Shown here piece after piece: positions 48,184-59,823 of a DNA stretch of 64,000 bases (its first letter is position 1; every line of letters begins with the position of its first letter). This DNA comes from Macrostomum lignano (taxonomy: Eukaryota): the NCBI GenBank assembly GCA_002269645.1, contig NIVC01000680.1, forward strand, positions 1 through 64,000, given 5' to 3'. The notes beneath the pieces are model-generated. The model was not told the DNA's origin. It worked only from the letters and a program-made list of their open reading frames with translations, and made no database searches. The translations under genes were made by a program, and so were the position numbers.

Positions 48184-48594
48184 TAGAGGTCAGATGGGAT
48201 CCTGATCCCAATCCCGAAATCTTGGGATCCCAAGGAAAATTGAATTCCTGCGGGACCAGAATCCCAACCCTAAAAAACTCAAGATTTGAGAACAGGTCTT
48301 TTGATTAATAATTTATAGAATTAGTGATTACTTGAAGGTATTTTGCTTTAACTTGTACTTGTTATTAATATTGTTACATTATTTACTTTGTTGGTTACAA
48401 AACTTCATATCAATTTTGTTGTGTTTTACTTCTTGATCTTGACAATATTTTCTCAATTTTGTTTAACTTTACATGGACAATACACTAAAAGACCTGATCC
48501 CGATTCCCAATTCCCGATCTTGATCCCAATCCCAAGAAAAAAATTATTCCCAATCCCAATCCCACCCAAAGACTTTAATCCCATCCGACCTCTA
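48184..48594. mobile_element. hAT-like MITE, 17-bp TIR TAGAGGTC(A/G)GATGGGAT
   Basis: TIRs at 48184-48200 and 48578-48594; 8-bp TSD CCTGGTAG / CCTTGTAG (7/8). Confidence 0.8.
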
Positions 48595-50245
48595 CCTTGT
48601 AGTGCAATATTGGTGCCAAAGTCACTGGCCAAAATTGTTGGGGTCCCAGCTTCAGCGGGATTAAAAGAAGCAAAGGATGCCATAGCTGAAAATGGGAGAA
48701 AGTGAGCTAAGTCACAAAAAGAGGAAAAAGAAAAAGAAAAAAGACTGTTAGCAACCAGATAATCCCCTGGCCTTCTAGCCCATTTGCATTGTCAAACACC
48801 TTACACATTATGGGGTACATTAAGCAGTACCATAGCTTGCAAGCTTGCAAGCTAGACCTGCATATCTAAGTTCAGTCAAAGCTACTAGATAGGTTAGTAG
48901 CATTGGAGCCTAGTCAGTCTAGCAGCCCTAGGGTTTGCCTTGAACACATGCGGGGATGAGTACCCCTAAGTTGACTTAAAGATAGTGTGGGGGGTCTGCA
49001 GCTATCAGAGACAAACAGAGGGTATAGACCTCCCACTAGCCTTGACCTACTAGAGATATGGGTAGGCATGAAGCATCGCAGACCATAGCCCATAGGCCTA
49101 GTCTTTCATACTTCCCTGGCATGCTGAATATACCTTTGTATATTCTAGCCTATCCTAGTTCTAATCATGCTAATAAGCTTATATTGTTATACAAGAGAAG
49201 TTTAACCTTTTTTTAATAGTTGTATTTATTTCAAAGGTCCTATACCATTGCCAATATAAAAAAATACTATTTATATGGTTTTGCCATATGACTCTGCTTA
49301 TTTCTAGAATAGATTATATCATAATTAGTATTATTGGAATTAGAAATATTCTACTAAATGGCAATGTATGTGTATTCCATATGTATGTTCTTTATTCCTA
49401 AAGGCAAAGCATTTCTATTTTTATTAGTAGCATAAGATTTTTAAAATAAACATTTATAAATAAATAAAGGAACCTAAAAACATAAGGTTTTTAATAAGGT
49501 AATATATTTAAAAGCTTATAATAATTTCTTATTGTTCTTTATTTGTATATATTGGCAATGCTATGACAAAGATATATCTATGGAAAAACTTGTAAAAGCA
49601 TATAGCTTTTAAAGCAGTAGAATATTTCAAATTGGGCTTAAGCTTTATTGCTTTTGTTCCCTCCTTTTGCTGCACTAAAAGTCCTGGATGTGCATTTAAG
49701 TGTTGCTCAGAGGAATGTGATACACCCTTTGGGGGATAGGGCAGAATTGAGCTAAGATTTATGCTCAACTTTTATTGGCTCATGTGTCTTAGCAGTCATT
49801 TACCGCAGTCATTTTGCAGCATTCACTGCAGCTAATTACCCATTTGTCAGCTACCACTTTGAAATTTTGTTAACTTGTTGACTTACTATAAGTCTATGGT
49901 CAAGGTCCTGCTACATTTTAGTTAATAACTTTTTTTTCCATTGCCTGTTTTTAAGGATATTAAAGTTAATATGAAGAAGAAAGTTTCCACTAAAAATCTG
50001 TGCAAAATTATGTTATTTAGATCAATAGAACAAGAGATGTAGTGAAAAGTAGCACTACTTTTGGGGCAGCCCTCATAACTTCCTTTTTGTTTTCTTTCTC
50101 CTTTTTTTCTATTTCCTCTTCTATGAACATTTGTTTCCTTGTTTCCCCTTTTCCTTTTTTCCTTCTTGGAGTAGGCCTAGTAGCCTCTTTATATAAAATG
50201 CAAAATGATAACAAAGTAAACATTTAGGTAATTTTCAAAAGTACG

Positions 50246-50453
50246 CATATATGCGCTACCCCCCCCCCCGATTTACACTGACCATGAAACTCTGATCAAC
50301 AAATGTGAAAGAAATGTAAGAAAAATTAACGTTAGTGGGTAAACAATGGTAGTAACTATAACTTTACTATTTGGGCTAAATGCCTCGTCATCTAATTAGT
50401 ATTACGCCTGTATTTGTTCAGGTAGGCCCTTTACCTGGGGATTGCGCATGTAT
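50246..50453. mobile_element. Second, older copy of the CATACATGCGCAAC MITE
   Basis: Termini CATATATGCGCTAC and TTGCGCATGTATG; internal TGCCTCGTCATC...TTCAGGT shared with 9359-9632. Confidence 0.65.
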
Positions 50454-50596
50454 GAAACTATGAGCACTTAAATTACATCTTACATTGTAAGTTGCATGAA
50501 TAAAATTTTATAAGTAAATTATTTAAAACTATAAAAGACAGTACAACTATTATGCCAATTGATGCATATTTCCCACTGTCAATCAAAACTAAAGCA

Positions 50597-53500
50597 ATGG
50601 CCGCCACAGCTGCATCCTATATGCCACATTCAAATTCTCAAAGTGCTGCTTCTGCTGGCACATTCTCTCCGCTGACCATGTTTGAGTGCACCATTTCTAG
50701 TGCCACTATGCTTATTGATAGCATGGCTGTGCGGGATCTGCTTTTGGCTTTTAAAATTGTTGCTCAGCTGCATGGCCACCTGTTAGAGGTGCTGGATCCC
50801 ACTGTGCAGCGCTTGGCTAATGTGGTTGATGAGCACAGTTTGGTATGTTGTTTGGCTGAGACTGTGGGCAAAGGAAGCAACACTAGGGGGGGGGAAGCAA
50901 CAGTGGGGGGAGGGAAGCAACAGTGGGGGAGGGAAGCAACACTAGGGGTGGGGAAGCAACAGTGGGGGAGGGAAGCAACAGTGGGTGAGGGAAGCAACAG
51001 TGGGTGAGGGAAGCAACACTAGGGGTGGGGAAGCAACAGTGGGGGAGGGAAGCAACAGTGGGTGAGGGAAGCAACAGTGGGTGAGGGAAGCAACAGTGGG
51101 GGAGGGAAGCAACACTAGGGGTGGGGAAGTAACAGTGTGGGAGGAAAGCAACAGTGGGGGAGGGAAGCAACAATGGTTGTAGGGAAGCAACAATGGTTGT
51201 AGGGAAGCAACAATGGTTGTAGGGAAGCAACAATGGTTGTAGGGAAGCAACAATGGTTGTAGGGAAGCAACAATGGTTGTAGGGAAGCAACAGTGGTGGT
51301 AGGGAAGCAACAGTGGTGGTAGGGAAGCATATTTGTTAAACAAATGAAGTCATTAGTCAGGAACTCTGAAAGCCAAACTAATTGAAATTGTTCTTTTCTC
51401 TCACCCAGTGCCCTCCACCACCTGCCACGACTGCTGCTGCTGCTGCTGCTGTCCCGTCATCCGTAGCCATCTGCAGTGGGAAGCAAATCCTAGACGGCCC
51501 TAAAACGGAATCAATGCAGGAAACTTTAGCAGAAGAGCAGCTAGAAGAAGAAGACGACTGCATACTAATTGAGACAGATATGCGCCCTCTGTTCGATACA
51601 GGCAGCCAGCCGGCAGCCCCCAAAGTGCCTCGACTGTCCAGCAGCAGTGAAAATGTCTCAATGACAATGTCCGACAATTTTCCAGGCGAATTATCTAACG
51701 AATGGAAGACAACACTTCGTAAAGCTTACCGAGTGTTGAAAGATGAAAGCGGTACCGATGTGTTCGATTTTAATTTGTCCTACTCTGCCGCAGCGAATGT
51801 TCGAGCGGCTGCTAAGGTTATCGAACGGGCGCTCGAGCTGGGTCCGCACAAACCGGCTAACATAGCCGCTTGGCACAGTGAGAATTTTTCAGTTTTTGTT
51901 TGTCTTCTGAAGAATATAGTAATAGCTATTCAAGTGAGATGTGACTCTAATTCATGTGAGATGTGACTCTGATTCAAGTGAGATGTGGCTCCGATTCATG
52001 TGAGATGTGACTCTGATTCAAGTGAGATGTGACTCTGATTCAAGTGAGATGTGACTCTGATTCAAGTGAGATGTGACTCTGATTCAAGTGAGATGTGACT
52101 CTGATTCATGTGAGATGTGACTCTAATTCATGTGAGGTGTGACTCTGATTCATGTGAGATGTGACTCTGATTCATGTGTGATGTGACTCTGATTCATGTG
52201 AGATGTGACTCTGATTCATGTGTGATGTGACTCTGATTCATGTGAGATAAAACGCTTGAAAGTGATTTTTGGGCGATGAGTGATTTTTCTTTGACAATTT
52301 TTTGGCGGCTTGCACCGTGACATCTTGTTTGAGTGTGTCGTCTAAAAAAGTCACTTCTTTCCTATTTTACCTGCTAACACCGGCAACGAATATGGGGCGA
52401 TGCAAATGGCTCTGGGATGCTTCTTGGCGTAGGTGTCTGTTTCATCGGCTTTAGTAGTTTAAAGTCCTAAAGTTTAAATAAAAAATAAAAAAATGTGTGC
52501 ATTTCTAATTTAAGTAGTGCATTTAAGCTAATGTAGCGAAATTTGCGCATTGCAAGGCCGTTTAAAATATTTTTTCGTTCTTTACTTGTTTTGTTTCATA
52601 ACGTTTTAATAGTGCAATCTGTTACTAGTTGCACTCAAATTCATTTGTATGATTATAATCAACTAATTAGCTTAATATTTCGGGTAATCCACTGTTTTAA
52701 CAAAAATATAATGCCTCATATTTTATCCTACTTATAGTAGTTCTAGATCAGAAAAAAACATTTTGCGCAGATTTTGTCAATTAGCTTGTCATGTATGTTG
52801 TTTTTCAATTAACTATATAGATTCGAAAATTGTTGTGCAATAAAATAATCTGTTTGCAGGTGTGGCTGGTGCCTACGTTGCCAGGTGGTTTCGTTGCAAT
52901 CTGAAGCCAAGCGCTAAGAGAGCTCAAAACCAACTGAGAATTGATGCTACAGTCGCCAAAGTGCGCAGCGTTGCTGTTGTAAGCCTCCTAACTTATCTAT
53001 GTCTTAGAAAATACTTTTGTTATAATCGTAGTCGTTTGTTTTGAAGGCCGATTTTTCGCTACATTTTTTGGTCTCGGGTTTGTTTTGTTTGTTTTCTTCT
53101 GTTGATTCCAGATTTAATGACGATTTGCGATTCTGAATTCTAGGGTCTAGCAATATTTACATGCAGAATTACTACACTTGGACGTTGAAGCCTTGCGCTA
53201 AAAAACGACGCTTGCAAGTACAAGTCCAGAAGTCGTTTGATCGGCAGAAGAACATTTTTTTTGTAAGCTGGGTTCGTTTAAGATTTTGGGCCGTGTGTGT
53301 TATATTTATATTTTAGCCTTATAAAGCTATTTACGCTACATATCGGTAAGATTGGTACTTTGTTAAATAAGTTCTTCCGTGACAAGAATCGCTAAAGATT
53401 AATTGCCATCACCTCACTAGTGACTCTAGCGTCTCTGAGGCGACTCTTGCGACTTTTTAATGACGTCATCACGCCAGTTGCAGAATCGTGAAAGAGTCAC

Positions 53501-56500
53501 GAAAAAGTTGTGTTGGCGCTTAACTTTCTACTGACTCAAGTAGACTGAATAGAGTTGATATAAATGCGCTTTAAACGCAACTCAGTGATTCTACAGCGAC
53601 TTGAACATGTCTCAGATACAACTCTACGGTCCCAGAGTCGTTTCAGAGTCGCAGACAATAAAATGCCTCAAATTGGCTCTCTTTGGCGACTTGTACCGTG
53701 ACATCTCATCGTTTTAGAGTTGTCTGGAGTCACTTATTTCCTATTTTACCCGTGTTACCTGCAACCAGATTGAAAAGCCTCTGAAGCGGCGCAAGTGACT
53801 CCGGGACGCTTCTTAACCTGGGTCATAGGCGTAGGAACGGGAATGGACAGTGGGGCCAGTAATGGTATCTGGCCCCTCCACATTTTAAATGTAAAATGTA
53901 GACTTTTTGCTGCATTGCATGAATGCATTTTGCTGCAGGGCGACAAAACATAGCGTCTGCAGCGCTAAAATGAGTGCCTGCGGCGCTAAAATGGGTGCCT
54001 GCGGCGCTAAAATGGGTGCCTGCTGCGCTAAAATGAGTGCCTGCGGCGCTAAAATGGGTGCCTGCTGCGCTAAAATGGGTGCCTGCAGCGCTAAAATGGG
54101 TGCCTGCGGCGCTAAAATGGGTGCCTGCGGCGCTAAAATGAGTGCCTGCGGCGCTAAAATGGGTGCCTGCGGCGCTAAAATGAGTGTCTGCGGCGCTAAA
54201 ATGAGTGCCTGAGGCGCTAAAATGAGTGCCTGCGGCGCTAAAATGAGTGCCTGCGGCGCTAAAATGAGTGCTTACGGCGCTAAAATGAGTGCCTGCGGCG
54301 CTAAAATGAGGGCCTGCGGCGCTAAAATGAGTGCCTGCGGTGCTAAAATGAGTGCCTGCGGCGTCAAAATGAGTGCCTGCGGCGCCAAAATGAGTGCCTG
54401 CGACGCTAAAATGAGTGCCTGCGACGCTAAAATGAGTGCCTGCGGTGCTAAAATGAGTGCCTGCGGCGCTAAAATGAGTGCCTGCGGTGCTAAAATGAGT
54501 GCCTGCGGCGTCAAAATGAGTGCCTGCGGCGCTTAAATGAGTGCCTGCGGTGCTAAAATGGGTGCCTGCTGCGCTAAAATGAGTGCCTGCAGCGCTAAAA
54601 TGGGTGCCTGCGGCGCTAAAATGAGTGCCTGCGGCGCTAAAATGAGTGCCTGCGACGCTAAAATGAGTACCTGCGACGCTAAAATGAGTGCCTGCGGCGC
54701 TAAAATGAGTGCCTGCGGCGCTAAAATGAGTGCCTGCGGCGCTAAAATGGGTGCCTGCGGCGCTAAAATGAGTGCCTGCGGTGCTAAAATGAGTGCCTGC
54801 GGCGCTAAAATGAGTGCCTGCGGCGCTAAAATGGGTGCCTGCGGCGTCAAAATGAGTGCCTGCGGCGCTAAAATGAGTGCCTGCGGCGCTAAAATGGGTG
54901 CCTGCGGCGCTAAAATGAGTGTCTGCGGCGCTAAAATGAGTGCCTGAGGCGCTAAAATGAGTGCCTGCGGCGCTAAAATGAGTGCCTGCGACGCTAAAAT
55001 GAGTGCCTGCGACGCTAAAATGAGTGCCTGCGGCGCTAAAATGAGTGCCTGCGGCGCTAAAATGAGGGCCTGCGGCGCTAAAATGAGTGCCTGCGGCGCT
55101 AAAATGAGTGCCTGCGGTGCTAAAATGGGTGCCTGCGGCGCTAAAATGAGTGCCTGCGGTGCTAAAATGAGTGCCTGCGGCGCTAAAATGAGTGCCTGCG
55201 GCGCTAAAATGAGTGCCTGCGGCGCTAAAATGGGTGCCTGCGGCGTCAAAATGAGTGCCTGCGGCGCTAAAATGAGTGCCTGCGGCGCTAAAATGGGTGC
55301 CTGCGGCGCTAAAATGGGTGCCTGCGGCGTCAAAATGAGTGCCTGCGGCGCTAAAACGAGTCCTGACCCCCAATTTTTAAAACGTTCCTACTCCTACGGC
55401 CTGGGTACCGTTTTCATCTGCTTTCTGTCTCTAAATAGATTTCTAGAAAAAAATTAATTTTTTGGCCATGCAATGCTTACAAATTTTTTTATATTTTACT
55501 GTGAGTAGTAGCTAACTAATGCCCATTAAAAGTCAACCTCAATTTTCAATTAACTTTCAGACGCCGCTAACAAATACTTTCATAGTTGGTATAATCAATT
55601 TTTGAAACGAAATTTCAAGGAGCAGCAGCGTAAAGGAAAGGTGTCATCTTTGATTAGGCTGCAGGTTGTGAGTTGCATCAGCCAATGAACTGCTGTCTGG
55701 GCCTGCATTGCAGTCTCATTTAACAATAATTTGTCACTTATGTGCATGTCAGACTAAAGTTTTTTGTTCTAATATATGTACTAAATTTTAAAGTTGATGG
55801 GTTAATGTCTTTATGGTCTGTTGGTTGGCCTAATGTCCTAATAACCTGTAGGTTAATATCCTAATAGCCTGTAGGCTAATGTCCTAATAGCCTGTAGGCT
55901 AATTTTCTAATAGCCTGTAGGCTTATAGAAGCCTGCAGGCTAATTTCCTAATATCCTGTAGGCTACTGTCCTAATAGCCTGCAGGCTAATTTCCTAATAT
56001 CCTGTAGGCTACTGTCCTAATAGCCTGTAGGCTACTGTCCTAATAGCCTGTAGGCTAATTTTCTAATAGCCTGTAGGCTTATAGAAGCCTGCAGGCTAAT
56101 TTCCTAATATCCTGTAGGCTACTGTCCTAATAGCCTGCAGGCTAATTTCCTAATATCCTGTAGGCTACTGTCCTAATAGCCTGCAGGCTAATTTTCTAAT
56201 AGCCTGTAGGCTTATAGAAGCCTGCAGGCTAATTTCCTAATATCCTGTAGGCTACTGTCCTAATAGCCTGCAGGCTAATTTTCTAATAGCCTGTAGGCTT
56301 ATAGAAGCCTGCAGGCTAATTTCCTAATATCCTGTAGGCTACTGTCCTAATAGCCTGCAGGCTAATTTTCTAATAGCCTGTAGGCACTGTCCTAATAGCC
56401 TGTAGACTAATGTCCTAATATTCTGTAGGCTACTGTCCTAATAGCCTGCAGGCTAATTTGCTAATAGCCTGTAGGCTACTGTCCTAATAGCCTGTAGGCT

Positions 56501-57093
56501 AATGTCCTAATAGCCTGTAGGCTAATGTCCTAATAGCCTGCAGGCTAATGTCCTAATAGCCTGTAGGCTAATGTCCTAGTAACCTGCAGGCTAATGTCCT
56601 AATAGCCTGTAAAATGACGCTCTCACATGTAAAGCCTACTTCTCAATCGATATGGTAATATTTCGGCTTTAAACCTGACCCACTCTCCCTAACCCAGAAG
56701 CTGAACCGTCGCCAGAAAGCCTACGATTCGATCAGATCAGAGCTTGACCCCGCCACCCGAACCAAAATTGAGTCGGCAGTGCTCAATCGAGACTACACCA
56801 GCTCAGACGAAGAGGACACTTCGACAGCAGGCGACGGTGTTGATCAACAAACAGCCGACGAGCAGAGCCAACCGCTTCGGGTTCGCGAGCTCATCTGGGA
56901 GAGCGAGGAGTTGCGTCAGCTGAAGAATCGGCTGGACTCCGTGGCAGCAGCCTCTGCTCCGGTTGTTCGTCGACAATCTGGCGTGTACTCTGATCGACCA
57001 GCGCCTGTTTACGACGGTTTAGACTGGGCTAGGAAGCCTGCTGCAGCTGCTGACAATACTACTGCTGGAGCTAGTAGTAGCGGCAGTAACTAA
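50597..57093 (+). CDS. C14orf93-like (DUF4616-like) protein, paralog A, ~409 aa; exons 50597-50842, 51409-51877, 52860-52978, 56698-57093
   Basis: GT-AG junctions with phases 0/1/0. Motifs LRKAYRVL...FDFNLSY, KLNRRQKAY, LNRDYTSSDEED, VRELIWESEELRQLKNRLD and SDRPAP...LDWA resemble the C14orf93 C-terminal domain. Confidence 0.75.
50872..51326. repeat. 19-21-bp G-rich minisatellite (GGGAAGCAACAGTGGGGGA / AGGGAAGCAACAATGGTTGT) in paralog A intron 1
   Basis: Tandem units. Confidence 0.93.
51949..52247. repeat. 22-bp minisatellite (GTGAGATGTGACTCTGATTCAT/A) in paralog A intron 2
   Basis: About 13 units. Confidence 0.93.
53952..55355. repeat. 21-bp minisatellite (GCCTGCGGCGCTAAAATGAGT), about 65 units, paralog A intron 3
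   Basis: Explains the 516-aa AAGTHFS pseudo-ORF. Confidence 0.97.
55840..56610. repeat. ~23-bp minisatellite with an internal palindrome (TAGCCTGCAGGCTA / TAGCCTGTAGGCTA)
   Basis: Tandem units in paralog A intron 3. Confidence 0.93.
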
Positions 57094-57175
57094 TCAATTG
57101 ACTCTTGCTGAATCAGTTGACAATTTACTAATTTGAATTCCGGCAACCAAATGTCCTGGCTTGACATCAAGTAGT

Positions 57176-57640
57176 ATTTTTCTGACCCCCAGCCGGTTTC
57201 TCCTGACACCCAACTGGTATCTCCTGACACCCAACTGGTATTTCCTGACACCCAACTGGTATCTCCTGACACCCAACTGGTATCTCCTGACACCCAACTG
57301 GTATCTCCTGACACCCAACTGGTATCTTCTGACATCCAACCAGTATCTCCTGACACCCAACCGGTATGCCCTGACACCCAACCGGTATCTTCTGACATCC
57401 AACCAGTATCTCCTGACACCCAACCGGTATGCCCTGACACCCAACCGGTATCTTCTGACACCCAACCAGTATCTCCTGACACACAACCGGTATCTTCTGA
57501 CACTCAACCGGTATCTTCTGACACTCAACCGGTATCTCTTGACACTCAACCGGTATCTCCTGACACCTTGTATTTTCTGACAAGAAACCGGTATTTTCTC
57601 GCACCCAACCAGTATCTTAGCATCCAACCGGTATCTTCTG
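57176..57640. repeat. 21-bp minisatellite (TCTCCTGACACCCAACTGGTA)
   Basis: Tandem units. Confidence 0.95.
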
Positions 57641-58149
57641 ATATCATTATGTCCGCCATGATGTTTAGTAGTCCTTTCTGATGCCAGGACATGAATTTTA
57701 ATATTTTAAGATTTTTTAGCTAGTCTGTTTTTACGTTGTCAGTAACTAATAATTGATTAGTCATTACGTTTGGAGAAGTGCAATCCCAAAACCTCTTCGT
57801 TAAAATCGCCGTGTTTATTTAAAAATATGTATATACATGTATATCTACGAGTATACAGTTGTAAATAAGCTTTAGCTGCATTTTTATGTTTGTCTAACAG
57901 TAACTACAAATTGACTGAAGTAATAAAAGTTTAGCTCTTAAAGTGTTTAAATTCAGTGCATTTTGTAATTTGTCTAATTGCCAATAATTTTTGGCATTCA
58001 TTTCTGTATTGCTGAAATGTGTTGTAAAATTAAACGAATACACTGCTTTCTATTACTTACTATCTTTAACAATATTATATTCAGATTTCTCAGAACGAAG
58101 TCTCTGGGTTAATAATCCTATTTGATTCTCTTTATGTAGCTCGGAATTC

Positions 58150-59670
58150 TTGTTGATGGTATCTGTTGTCCAACTTGATCATGAGATGGGATCTGTTGTC
58201 CAACTTGATCATGAGATGGGATCTGTTGTCCAACTTGATCATGAGATGGGATCTGTTTTCCAACTTGATCATGAGATGGGATCTGTTTTCCAACTTGATC
58301 ATGAGATGGGATCTGTTTTCCAACTTGATCATGAGATGGGATCTGTTTTCCAACTTGATCATGAGATGGGATCTGTTTTCCAACTTGGATCATGAGATGG
58401 GATCTGTTTTCCAACTTGATCATGAGATGGGATCTGTTTTCCAACTTTATCATGAGATTGGATTCTTATTGATGGGATCTATTTTCCATCTTGATCATGA
58501 GATGGGATTCCTATTGATGGGATCTATTTTCCAACTTGATCATGAGATGGGATTCCTATTGATGGGATCTATTTTCTACCTTGATCATGAGATGGGATTC
58601 CTATTGATGGGATCTATTTTCCACCTTGATCATGAGATGGGATTCCTATTGATGGGATCTATTTTCCACCTTGATAATGATATGGGATTCCTATTGATGG
58701 GATCTATTTTCCACCTTGATCATGAGATGGAATCTTATTGATGGGATCTATTTTCCACCTTGATCATGAGATGGGAATCATATTGATGGGATCTATTTTC
58801 CATCTTGATCATGAGATGGGATTCCTATTGATGGGATCTATTTTCCAACTTGATCATGAGATGGGATTCCTATTGATGGGATCTATTTTCTACCTTGATC
58901 ATGAGATGGGATTCCTATTGATGGGATCTATTTTCCACCTTGATCATGAGATGGGATTCCTATTGATGGGATCTATTTTCCACCTTGATAATGATATGGG
59001 ATTCCTATTGATGGGATCTATTTTCCACCTTGATCATGAGATGGAATCTTATTGATGGGATCTATTTTCCACCTTGATCATGAGATGGGATTCCTATTGA
59101 TGGGATCTATTTTCCACCTTGATCATGAGATGGGATTCCTATTGATGGGATCTATTTTCCACCTTGATAATGATATGGGATTCCTATTGATGGGATCTAT
59201 TTTCCACCTTGATCATGAGATGGAATCTTATTGATGGGATCTATTTTCCACCTTGATTATGAGATGGGAATCATATTGATGGGATCTATTTTCCACCTTG
59301 ATTATGAGATGGGAATCATATTGATGGGATCTATTTTCCACCTTGATCATGAGATGGGATTCCTATTGATGGGATCTATTTTCCACCTTGATCATGAGAT
59401 GGGATTCCTATTGATGGGATCTATTTTCCACCTTGATCATGAGATGGGATTCCTATTGATGGGATCTATATTTTCCACCTTGATCATGAGATGGGATTCT
59501 TATTGATGGGATCTATTTTCCACCTTGATCATGAGATGGGATTCCTATTGATGGGATCTATATTTTCCACCTTGATCATGAGATGGGATTCTTATTGATG
59601 GGATCTATTTTCCACCTTGATCATGAGATGGGATTCTTATTGATGGGATCTATTTTCCACCTTGATCATG
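58150..59670. repeat. Minisatellite that switches from a 30-bp to a 45-bp unit
   Basis: CAACTTGATCATGAGATGGGATCTGTTTTC, then CCACCTTGATCATGAGATGGGATTCCTATTGATGGGATCTATTTT. Confidence 0.95.
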
Positions 59671-59823
59671 ATCTGGAACACTAGCAGTTTTTCATAATTA
59701 ACTTTGCTATTTATTAAGCACACCGGATCTGAACGCACTCGCTGATTAAATTTTCTGGAGCCCATCGAACGGAAGTACAGAGCAAGTTTTAAATAGAATT
59801 TAGAATAAAATCTATCATTTATC

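Noticed and set aside
52283-53755. ~80-bp segment shared between 52283-52375 and 53680-53755 in paralog A introns
   Set aside because: Probably the end of a dispersed repeat, but termini and class could not be defined
53823-55373. 516-aa ORF (AAGTHFS repeats) and overlapping ORFs
   Set aside because: Product of a 21-bp tandem repeat that is open in several frames; it lies in an intron of paralog A
57090-59506. Multiple repeat-peptide ORFs
   Set aside because: 21-, 30- and 45-bp arrays between the paralogs
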